Shown here in pieces: positions 44,838 through 56,238 of a stretch of 64,000 nucleotides of DNA. Below the pieces are notes generated by a model. The model was not told the DNA's origin, made no database searches, and saw nothing but the letters and a program-made list of their open reading frames with translations. The translations under genes were made by a program, and so were the position numbers. Source of the DNA: Cenococcum geophilum (lineage: Eukaryota); contig CP158635.1 in NCBI GenBank assembly GCA_050273025.1, forward strand, positions 5,332,001 to 5,396,000. The letters are read 5' to 3'. Positions within the stretch are counted from its first letter, which is position 1, and every line of letters starts with the position of its first letter.

Positions 44838-47734
44838 ATGGTTATTAATACGGTTACTGTCGGTGCGGCCGTTACGCCCACCGTTATTCAAACCTGGTTC
44901 TCTCATGTAAGCTGCTCGAGCTCTACAACAGACCCGTGCTTACCCCTGTGCCAGTATCTGAATCGGAAACCCTTAAGTCAAAAGCCTACCGCGCACATAT
45001 CCTACCATGAGGGGCTACAGCTTATCCGGCAATTCCTACATTATGCGTCCTTCCACACAGTCGATGACATACAGGCATTTACAAGTCAATGGGTCCCTGT
45101 TCCGCGATGGGTCAAGGTAGACGAGGTCGAGATACCCAAAGAGAAACTCTCTAAAGCTGCGGAATACATACAGGCCCAGCTTGGCCCCGGTGGTATTCAG
45201 CAGGTTGGTGGGAAAACTTGGTGGCAATGGCGACGTGATAATAGCGCCTTGAAGGCAGAATGGATTGAAATGCGGAAAGACTACCATGAGAGGAAGAGGG
45301 TTGGCGGAGGCGAGGGACAGCGGATAATGCTCTACGTCCATGGTGGTGCATATTATTTTGGTAGTGTAGACGAGCACCGCTATCAAATGCAGCGGCACGC
45401 CCGGAAGTTGAAGGCTCGAGTGCTAGCTCCTCGATACCGGCTTGCGCCACAATTTCCATTCCCCTGTGGACTCCACGACTGCTTGGCCGCGTACCTCTAC
45501 TTGTTAGAGAAACACGACCCTTCCACTATCATACTTGCTGGAGACTCTGCGGGTGGAGGAATGGTTATGAGCATGCTAGTTACTTTGCGTGATCAAGAGG
45601 TTTCTCTACCTGCGGGAGCCATACTAATATCGCCTTGGGTGGACCTTACACACTCTTTCCCTAGCCTTGGAGGGAAAGACGAACTTGACTATATTCCAGC
45701 ACATGGTTTCGTTCATAAACCATGCATGAGTTGGCGTAAGTAAAATTAAACACCAATATCATCAGTCACACTAATAAGTCAAGCGCCACCAAATGCGGAT
45801 GACTTGCTAGAGCTCGAAACCCATTTTTGCAACCCCCAATCTAAAGACAAGAAGGGGTCTCATAATCCGCTTTCCCGCTCAAGTAAGGAACAGAGGGCTG
45901 CAGAGAAACGAGTCAAGCAGGAAAGGGTTCGTGGCTTCTCCGTTCGTTCTGATGCAGAAAGACAGGACCTGACCACTTTAATACCTCCCGACGACGATAA
46001 AATCTCTCTCACACAATTTGACAATCCTGCGATCGGACTTAACTCCCTCCTGTCTGTTACTATTAATGGAAACGTCGTTGAGATCAAAGACCAAATTCAA
46101 ATTTATGCCGCCAACCACCTCATAACACACCCTCTTGTATCCCCTGTGCTTCAGCCTACACTCGGCGGCCTACCTCCTCTATTTATTCAAATCGGGGGTG
46201 GCGAACTCCTTCGGGACGAGCAAATCTACCTTGCCCACAAAGCTGCAGCACCTCTTTCCTACTTGCCCGCTCCTTCAGCCCACCTCTCTACCGAATTCAT
46301 TAGTTCCCAAGCTGCAAGATACCGACCCACCAACGTCCAACTTCAAGTGTGGGATGATCTTTGCCATGTCGCACCAACGCTTAGTTTCACGCGTCCAGCG
46401 AAATACATGTACCGTAGCATCGCACAGTTCGGTGCTTGGGCACTCGCCCGAGCTCAGAAAACAGCCATCGACATTCTTGACGATGATGACGTCTCAGTAA
46501 TTAGCACCACATCCTCGTCAGGCAACGAATCTGACAGCAACCTATCTCCGGACGATATCAAATTATCAATGCCTAGAAGCGCCCAGAGTGTTGGTTTCGA
46601 GCATGTCTCTAGGGAAGCCTCTAAAGGACGCACAGTAGGGAAGGCAGGTGATCCCTTGCCACCCTTCGAGAAGCATATGATCCGCCAAAGGATAGATCGT
46701 AATGGTAACATAAATCCTCTGCCACCACCCACCGAGCTTGAAGCACTTAAACTCTCTGCGTCTGAGATCGGAGTTATCAAGCCAGGTCCGGTGCAGAAAT
46801 GGATGACAGCACAGCGCCAATGGAACGAAAAATTCGCCCGGCAGAAATGCGCTGTGCAAAAGAAGCGCATTCAAGACATGGAGCGGGGCTTTGAGGGCTT
46901 CGATGGTGAAACGCCGCCACCAACAGCGCTAGCGGGTAGAAGGGTCAAGGGCATGGAGAAAGAGAAGGCAAAGAAGAGGAGTTGGGGAATGAGTCTGTGG
47001 AGTCTGTGGGGAAGCAAGCATGATATGATTACGGTAAGTATCTATGGCTTCATTCTGCTGACGAATCTTCGAGGCAGTAATGCTTATAACATGGTAAACA
47101 TTCGAGCGGCGGGACTGACAAGGCATTCCACTAGATTGAGCGAGAAGAGAAGGCAGATACGAACTCAGGCCAACCAATCAACACAGCCGCAACCAATACA
47201 GAAGGTGCTGCAAATTCCCAACCCAAGCCAAAGCCTATCCCAAAATCCGGCTACCGTTCCTCCTCTACTCGCTCCGCCCGCCTTGGCCTTCTCGCCGCTA
47301 ACGAATCCTGCTCACGCTCTCGCTCACGGCATAGCACCGTCACAGACCGCGGCCAAGCCGGTGCCGAGATAGAGGATCTCGAGCATCTAGCTCCACCGAC
47401 ACCAGGGTACACTGAAGTAACGCCAGGCACAGCCCCGTTAGAGAAGGAGGAGCGGACGGTCCTAGCATCTTCAGCGTCTAGACCGAGCTCTCCACCGACC
47501 ATCATACCGCAGAGCGACACTCTCTCGACGAGACCAACGCGTGATGGGATTGCATATCCTTTCAAGCTAGTGGTTGAAGGCGAAGGGAGAGATGTCAATG
47601 CCAGCACGGTTACGCTAACTAGTTTGCAAGCCGATGGGGTGGCCGAAGAGGAAGAACCTCGCCCTAGAGAGAGAGAGAACGCGGAGAGGCCAGCTATAGA
47701 GAGGTTTGTCACCGCCCAGGAGGATCTGAGCTGA
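44838..47734 (+). CDS. Alpha/beta-hydrolase (HSL-family lipase/esterase), 4 exons
   Basis: HGGAY oxyanion motif, GDSAGG nucleophile, ISPWVD, GGGELLRDE, WDDLCHV; introns keep frame to TGA at 47734. Confidence 0.92.
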
Positions 47735-48437
47735 ATTGAACAAACTGGGTGTGACCAATAAGCGTGAAATTTCTTGGCAGAGCTAAGGTGTTTTTATCGC
47801 CAAAAGCGCATTCTCTCGTCTCAAACTAAAATAAATCGCAACGATGGACCTAGTAATACGGCTACTGGCGGTCCGTTAGTACCAACATCCTTTAGGAACA
47901 GCAGTGGCTAAGAGCTGAGCGCACGGACCTCTCGCTCTACTTAGCCCCCAGGATTATCACCCTAGTGCTTAGTCGCATGCACTTAATGTGCTCCATAGCT
48001 TCTACCTCTATGTCACTCGTCCCTACAGAACCTTTTTGTGTTTTGTCCCTGTGAGCAGTCAAGCCACATGCGCTGACGCTTATATTGCCGTTCAGGACAC
48101 TGTTGTGGCTTAGGCTGTGGTCTTAGGTGACTTGAACAGGCTAGCCCAAGACACAATCGCCTGGTTTGCTTAGGTGAGATCTGTTGACCGGACAGAGTGG
48201 TAGGCAACAGGTCGACAGGATCAGACAATTGGATAGGAACGCCGAGGCCTCAGCGATTGATCTGAAAGTGGTACAAGAACGCCCTAATATACAGTAATAC
48301 GGGTATACAAGCTTTTCTATATAAACACAGCTTAAATTCTCTCGGCTTCTCATTATCCAAATAGCCTTCTCATCATCCATTAAATACTCGCCTTAAATAT
48401 TCCCATCTTCCTATCTTCCCATCCTCCCCAAGAAACC

Positions 48438-49198
48438 ATGACCTACACCGTTGTTGAAGGCGACAGCTTGTCCGCCATTGCCCATAAGTTCAACATCACA
48501 CTCCAAGAGCTCGAGGCTGCAAACCCCAAAATCACCAACCCTAATGACATCAAAGTTGGCGAGGTTCTGAACATCCCCAAGCAGCCGGGGGAGCAACCCC
48601 AACAGCAACCCAAAGCAGCCTCCTTGAACGATGACCAGAGACACGCTCTCCAGCTGCACAATGCCGGTATTTTACCTGTCCTTATCGTATCCCGTCCTAC
48701 CTACCCTTTCCCTTTAATCTCCTATCCTCACCACGATCTCAATCCCATTACATCTCCCATACCGAGAAAAACTAACCTCTAACCCCTCCAGCCCGCCAAC
48801 GCATCTCCACCAGCACTCACGTCAACCGGCCGGCGCTGACGTGGGACGCGTCGCTCGCAGCCGACGCTCAAAAGTACGCGCAGCACCTGATCGACACGAA
48901 CGGGTTCAAGCACTCAGGCGCACCTGGCGTCGGCGAGAACCTGGCCAAGAGCTGGCCAGCAGATTCGGGCTCGTTCGCCAAGGGAACGCAGATGTGGCTC
49001 GATGAGGAGAAGAACTACCACGGGGAGCCGATTGGCAAGGGGAATTTCGGCAGCTACGGCCACTGGACGCAGTGTATTTGGCCGACTACGACCAAGGTCG
49101 GCTTGGGCATAGCTAAGGGCAATGGCGCGTGTGTGGTTGTTGGGAGGTATGCGCCGCCCGGGAATTGGACTGGGAAGAGTGCGTGGACTGGCAAATAA
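48438..49198 (+). CDS. LysM + CAP (SCP/PR-1) protein, copy 1; intron 48667-48791
   Basis: [29 protein letters not shown] (LysM); [31 protein letters not shown] (CAP). Confidence 0.93.
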
Positions 49199-49548
49199 GT
49201 GCGGTGGACGGGATGAAGGGTTTTGAGGGAATTGGAGCTGTGGAGTTGCTTGATGGGTCTGCAATACAGTAGTCTGTTATAATCGCCTAGTTTGCTTAGG
49301 TGAGATCTGTTAACCAGACAGAGTGATAGGCAATAGGTCGACAGGATCAAACAATTAGATAGGAACACGATTGAAGATCGCCGCCTAGAAGGCTCCGAGA
49401 CAGGATTAACACTACCCTTATGTCTCGGATATTGTCAAAGATAAGGTTATAGACTTTGGAGTTAGGGGTCTACTTTTATATAAAGTCGCTCGTTCAATTC
49501 CTACACTGCAAAGCTTATATCCCATCTTCCTATCCTCCCCAAGAAACC

Positions 49549-50282
49549 ATGACCTACACCGTTGTTGAAGGCGACAGCTTATCCGCCATTGCCTATAAAT
49601 TTAACATTACACTCCAAGAGCTCGAAGCTGCAAACCCCGAAATCACCAACCCTGATGACATCGAAGTTGGCCAGGTTCTGAACATTCCCCAACAGCAACC
49701 CGAAGTAGCCTCCTTGAACGATGACCAGAAACACGCTCTCCAGCTGCATAATGCCGGTATTTTACCCGTCCTTACCATATCCCGTCCTACCTACCCTTTC
49801 CCTTCTATCTCCTATCCTTACCACGATCTTAATCCCATTATATCTTCTATACTGAGAAAAACTAACCTCTAACCCCTCCAGCCCGCCAACGCATCTCCAC
49901 TAGCACTCATGTCAGCCGGCCGGCGCTGATATGGGACGCGTCGCTCGCAGCCGACGCTCAAAAGTACGCGCAGTACCTGGTCGACACGAACGAATTCAAG
50001 CACTCGGGCACATCGGGCGAGAACCTGGCCAAGAACTGGCCGGAAGATTCGGGCTCGTCCGCTAAGGCAACGCAGATGTGGCTCGACGAGGAGAAGAACT
50101 ACCACGGGGAGCCGATTGGCCAGGGGAATTTTGGTAGCTACGGCCATTGGACGCAGTGTATTTGGCCGACCACAACCAAGGTCGGTTTGGGCATGGCTAA
50201 GGGAAATGGCGCGTGTGTGGTTGTTGGGAGGTATGCGCCGCCCGGGAATTGGAATGGGAAGAGTGCGTGGACTGGTGAATAA
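49549..50282 (+). CDS. LysM + CAP (SCP/PR-1) protein, copy 2; intron 49757-49881
   Basis: Same motifs and same 125-nt intron as copy 1; reading frame intact. Confidence 0.92.
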
Positions 50283-50776
50283 TGAGTGCGGTGGACGGGA
50301 TAAAGGGTTTTGAGGGAATTAGAGCTTGTGGAGTTGCCTGGTAGTTCTGCAATACAGTGGTTTAACGTAAGAGTAGTCTATTATAATCGACTGTAACTAT
50401 TGGAACTTGTGAAACGTGATGTGGAAGTGTTTTGCAAATAAGTAGATGCAGAGATAGGGAACCCCGCAAGACCCCAGCATCCCAATAAAACTTGCGAGTC
50501 CGCGCAAGTCGGCAATCTCTCATGGCAAACAGATTGTGCCCCTGGTGTCAGGTGCCTCCTTTTCTTAACTGAGAAATTCTTCGTGTCCTGGTTTTACCTC
50601 TCGGTTGCTTCGGTCTTTCCAACCCGAATCAGAAGTAGCTATGCCGTGTCGGGACCTGTTCCCATGCAATTGGTCGAGCCTAGCGAATAACCTCTATCCA
50701 TGCAATATCCTAGGTATGCTTATTTCCAAAAAAAATGTAAATTGGTATATTGTATCCTTTATTCAATCCTATCACC

Positions 50777-52672
50777 ATGCCTTCATCACCTTGGAAAGAA
50801 GAAGCCAAATGGATCTACGTGTCACCATATGACGACTCTACGGATCCCGTAAAGTTTGTTCTATTCCGTAAAGTCTTCCATATCCGAAATACGGATTTCT
50901 GTGAATACATTGTACGAGTACCTGCTGATACCCGTTATCGACTCTTTGTCAATGGAAATAGCGTCAGTTTCGGGCCCTGCAAGAGCTATCCGAGCCGCTG
51001 GTGCTACGAGACTGTTGATATTGCTGCTCAATTAGTCCCAGGTAAAAATACCATCAGTGCAACAGTTTTGAGATATTCTAGCGCGCACGCGGGAAACTCA
51101 TCTATGATGAGGCCAAACCGGCCAGGTTTTTTTCTCCATGGCACCGTTAGTGAAAGTAGACTTATAAGCCATAGTTTTAAATACTTAAATACTAATTTCA
51201 TCTCAGAAAAAATACACTCCAAACTGATCCAACATGGAAGGCAAAAGAAGATAGTTCAATTCAGATTATCCCTCGGCCGGATTGGAATTACGAACTTGGT
51301 CCTCCTCTCATGCGCGTTAATGAGCGAGTTGATGCCCAAGTTGTCTTTAAAGGATGGGAAGATGCCAACTTCAACGACGATGACTGAAACCGCAAGACTC
51401 AAGATGATGCCGATTTTGGAGCGCGTATGGCTGGGGTTGTAGAGACAAAGGCGTTTGGGCCATTGGGTAGAATAATTATTGTGATTTCAGCGTTTATCGT
51501 CCAAGAGGTATTTCCACGGAAGTTGTTTGAACGGCCGATTCCAGCATTACCAGAAATCGAGAAACGATTTGCTAAAGCTCTAATCTCTAGTGGTCCGATT
51601 TCTGTAAGTCAATGGGATGACTTTCTTCAGTCAGACAAGTCCATCGAAATCCCTTCCAATACAGAAGCTACCGCGGAATTTTACTTTATTAGATTCTAAT
51701 GATTCACAATCATATAAGCTACTTCAATGACATTACGTTGGTCAGGCAGTACATCGGGACTATCGACGCATCCTAGATCACTTCTACTGCCAGCTGAACC
51801 CTCGAGGTCCGCTTCGACGACGAAGCTTGGCCTTTCGTCAACTGGGTCAAGGAATGGCATGATCCGTCCAAAGGGTTGCATGGAATGGGCATACCACTGA
51901 GTCACCGTCAAGGAGAGTGTGAAACAACCTATAATAGTCTCATTTACTCTATTACGCTTTCACATGCCGTAGGCCTCTGCGACTTCCTGCACCGTCCGGA
52001 TACCGCCAGAGAGTACCGGAACCGTGCCGCCGCGGTTAACGCGGCGGTCGACCAATACTGCTTCTCTGCATCACTAAACCTATACCTCGACGGCCCCGTT
52101 ACCTCATTCACGGATACGGATATGTGCCAGCACACCCAACGCTATAAGCGGCCCCCCGGCTTCGGAGTTCATCCGGCTCAGCTTTACCCGACCGAAGTGC
52201 TCATACAGCATGTCCTTCTATCTCCTGCGCGCCGCCTCCAAAGCCGGCGCGTACGCCGAACTGTTCCCCAGCCTGGTCCGGTCCTGGCATAACATGGTCG
52301 AGAACAACTTAACCACATGGGCCGAAGACGACGTCATGTTCCGCAGCGACCACCACAGCTGGAGCGCGTCGCCTATCCACGATACCGTGCAGGAGCTATT
52401 GAGCGTCAGAGCTCGATTCGTGAGGCCCGGCTCGCGCGGCTAAGCCTCCGAGGGCGCTGCGAGGGTTCGGCCGCGCGTGGGCATCTTTGTTGAAAGGCTG
52501 TGCTCGTGCAAGCGGAATATTCGCCACGCCATTTGGAAGGACATTTGTTTCCGTGCCGATGCTGAAAGTCATTCCTAGCTGGACCGGCGCGAAGGACGTA
52601 GGGCTGGAGGTCCAAGCGAGCGGGGATATCATCGTTGAGGTCGTTGTGCAGGGACAGTGGAACAGGCAGTGA
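50777..52672 (+). pseudogene. GH78 alpha-L-rhamnosidase pseudogene
   Basis: AKWI..FVLFRK..ADTRYRLFVNG..GPCKSYP; later fragments CQHTQ, MSFYLLRA, ENNLTTWAEDDVMFRSDHHSWSASPI in different frames with stops and large deletions. Confidence 0.82.
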
Positions 52673-52746
52673 TGGCTGTTAACGAACGAATACTCAACGG
52701 CAGGGGAGTAGGCGTACCCGGTTCGTACCCCTATAGGGATCTTGCA

Positions 52747-52820
52747 TATCCCTTCCGCTGGTGTATTTCGTCCTACTCTTATCGACAACAGTAGGACGAA
52801 ATACACCAGCGGAAGGGATA
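52747..52820. repeat. Palindrome/hairpin with 31-bp perfect arms
   Basis: TATCCCTTCCGCTGGTGTATTTCGTCCTACT (52747-52777) is the exact reverse complement of 52790-52820; 12-nt centre CTTATCGACAAC. Confidence 0.95.
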
Positions 52821-53704
52821 GATCGAGCGTCCAGCTTCCAGGAACAGAATAGGCTGCTTAGAGCTTTTTTAATTGAATTATCTGTATCACGCAACCTACT
52901 AGAGTAAAAGTAGCGAGGATTTTCATACAGCTAAGAGCGGCAATGAGATGGATTTCAACATAACCGACCTGATAGCCGGAGGCGGAAGAGATTGGAGGCC
53001 AGATATTAAATAAGATCAGGATGTCAAAGCCGGCCCGGAAAGGCTTTGAAATCAAGATTTTAAACTTGAAACTAAGCTGGGAAATTCGGTGATGGCTCCT
53101 GAGTACTGATTGATGAAGTTTGCCAACTGGCACTGCCTTGCACTGTAAGATATAAACAGGAAACTGGCGATAGTCTTCACAAAGAACATGAGATTTTAAG
53201 TTGAGGATGTGAAAACTGAAAAACTGGTGGTTGATATTCACGTCCAACTCCCTCAAACCTCCCCCAACCTCCCCTGAACATATTTTTTCTCTCCCATTAG
53301 GGTATCAAAGGTCATTGTAAACGAAAGGAAAATGAAGCGAATGCTAATGGGTAGCCACACCTCCTCCCCCAACCCTTTAAAAATTCGTACATCCAGCGCA
53401 GCAGTGGTATATAACAAGTCCTTTTATCCAACCTTGAAGGACACAAAAAAAGAGGATATGACCAAAGAACCTAAACACCGATCCCACTATAAATACCAGG
53501 TAAGTTGGTCCCTAGAATGCAGCCCGCTCCACACGAGACCAAACAGAAAATAGAAATTACTGTCAGGGAAGCGAATATAGAAGGTCAAATTTTCCGACGA
53601 GAACCGATAGATTCTGTGTTGGTTGCGCTTCCAGCAACCCAAAACCCCAAATGTGCACCTTTCTTCGTCCGTTAAAGCTCGACCATGTCGTCGAGTAGTC
53701 GTAA

Positions 53705-55836
53705 TTACACCCCCTCACCGTCTCTTCCTCCGTTCCCATTAAGTCCAACGAAACTGTCCGTTGTTAGCCCCATCCCGAGCGGTAGCCTACCGCCCAGGAA
53801 GCTGTCAGCAGGTCCCTCGATGCCTTCCATTGGTATCATACCGCCAGCACTGACAGCATGCGAATCCATTTTCTGGTCCATCATGCCGAGTGCTTGTGAT
53901 GTCCGTCTACCGTTAGGGTTCATATGTTGTGCGTGCGCATTTTGATTCATGTGTTGCTGATGATGGTGCTGATGATGCTGATTGCGGCTTTGATTCATGC
54001 TGTGTCTGGCCCATGCCTGAGCTTGGGCTTGAGCCTGAGCCTGAGCCTGAGCTTGAGCCTGGGCCTGGGCCTGGGCCTGGGCCTGGGCCTGGGCCTGTGC
54101 TTGTGCCTGTGCTTGAGCTTGTTGTTGGTGTTGTTGGTGTTGTTGATGCTGCTGGTGCTGTTGGTGTTGTTGGTGTTGTTGGTGCTGTGGGTGCTGCATT
54201 GGCATGGATATCTCTTCAGGAGCCTCCTCCGCATCGACATCAGCATCAGCATCCTCATCTTCACCCTCGCCGTCAGCTTGATCCCCGCCGTCTTCATCCA
54301 TGTTATCATTTGTAGTTGGTGGCGCTGAGTATACGTTTGTTGGCGTTGAAGCTGTCTGGCTCATAGAACTACCACCGTTTCCCGTCCCGTTCATGTTGAG
54401 TTGGTGAGCAGGTATATTGACCATTGAGCAACTCCTATTCCCAACAGGATTAAGTTGTTGTGTAGAAGACCCAGATAGAGATCTCTGAGCAGCCATTCCG
54501 TTTACGGCTTTTCGATTCTCTCGCACAACCAATTTCCATTTTTCAATCAACCGGTCATAATCCCAGCTCCTAAAATCCATTCCTTGCCGGCCCAACTCCT
54601 TCATAGTATCACTGCCGATATGCAGAGTAGCTGAAGAGCTGCTAGGGAATTGAGGATACTGTAGCTGGATACTTGGCCAACGACTTGACTTCAGTTGTTC
54701 AACTTCCTTACGTGTTGTTTCCAGGCTGCTTTCGGCATCTTTGCGTGCCTCACTAGTGCGAGCATAGGACCGTAGAATCTCAAGCTGCCATGCATCTTGT
54801 CTTTGTTTCTCAGAAAGACTTTTCCAATGTGCATATGCATCTGCAAGATGCGAGAACAACTTTTGAGGGTCCGGATCGAAAAGAGGTGGAGTAGGCAAAG
54901 GCGACGCAGATGAAGGAGACGAGGCAGGTGCAGGAGGGTAGAGTTGGTCCCGTTGCCGTTGCCGTTGCCGTTGTTGTGATATCAATCGTTCCCGTACTTG
55001 GCGGTTTAGGGCATCAAATTGCTTCTGGCCGGGCGGATTGATGGACCATGATTCACTCGTGGGAAACGGAGTTGGAGAAAAAAGAGTGGAAGGCGCTGGT
55101 AGTATGTGGAGGCACAAGCTAGGGAAGTTCAGAGTGTATGGATCAAAGTCGAAGAGACCAAGGCCTGTTGAGCGCACACTAGAACCGCGTTAGACAATTA
55201 CCGGTAGCCGTCAATGCTGTATCCACAGCAAGTGGGGGATACGGCATACCTAGCTTCCCTTACGCTCCCGAGGACCTCCTTCAATGCCAACTCAGCTGCC
55301 TTGCCATTCTCCCACTCTTCGGACATTTTCTGCCTCTGTTCAAGGTCAGTCTTTTGTTGCATATGCCTCGAGACTTCTCTTCGCATTTCCGGGACAGTAG
55401 ATCCAACCGGGCGAGGTGGAAGGTTGTTGATGACACCGGTCGCCTGCCAATGCATCTCGTTGAAGACGGTACGGATTTTGCCATCCCCTAGGGGAGTCGG
55501 GTTCATAGTAGGAGAATGGACAAGGATAGGCGACTCGTCTCCAGTCAGAGAAGGTTTAGAGGTAGACACGGGTGTTGACAGCTCTTTCTTGACCGAGGAT
55601 GTCCGCGCCTGTCTGCGCGTGATGCCACCACGCATCCTCCGAATCTCTTCAACATTGTGGACACCATCGGGCGGCTTGGGGTTCTTGGCTTTTATGTACA
55701 AATCGAGATGGCGACCGAGGGAGGAAGAGGTGAAGGCTTGGTGGCAGAAGGGGCAATTCTTGTCCTTTGGAGCGGATAGCTTTGGAGCATTGGATTCGGA
55801 GGTGGATCGAGGGGTAGCTATTGAGGAGCCGGCCAT
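53705..55836 (-). CDS. Conserved fungal protein with zinc-finger-like CPFC..RHL motif and polyQ/(QA)n tail; one intron ~55181-55248
   Basis: KDKNCPFCHQAFTSSSLGRHLDLYI..PDGVHNVEEIRRMRGGITRRQ; FDFDPYTLNFPSLCL; WQLEILRSY. Confidence 0.85.
54014..54198 (-). repeat. Coding microsatellite: (QH/QQ)n followed by (QA)n
   Basis: CAGGCC/CAGGCT hexamer repeats and CAACAACAC repeats. Confidence 0.9.
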
Positions 55837-56238
55837 GGTGGACGGGGCGAAAGGGAGCAGCTGGGAATCTGAAACGAGCGACGAGGGTGGTAGATTCCAG
55901 TAGCCTTCAGGACTGGGTAGAGCAGAGAGTCAAGGCATTATTACAAGAGGGTTGTGCCGCGAAAGGGGAGCGACTTTGATATTCCTGCACTGGCGGCTGT
56001 CAAAATATCCCTAGTCACTTTCTGGGCTTGTCCCCTGACGGGAACTGGGAGGTGTCCCTGCCCAAGATTTTTCGCGCGAGGCGGAAGCTCCCGCCTGCTA
56101 CGTGTAAGCGGCAAACACTTCGACCAACAACATCAACAACTCCCCCCAGGATCAACAAACCACCGCGACCGCTATTTGTATTCACGAATCCCCTCAACCC
56201 CCAGCTCTACCTATTGATACCTACTATTGTAACCCGCA

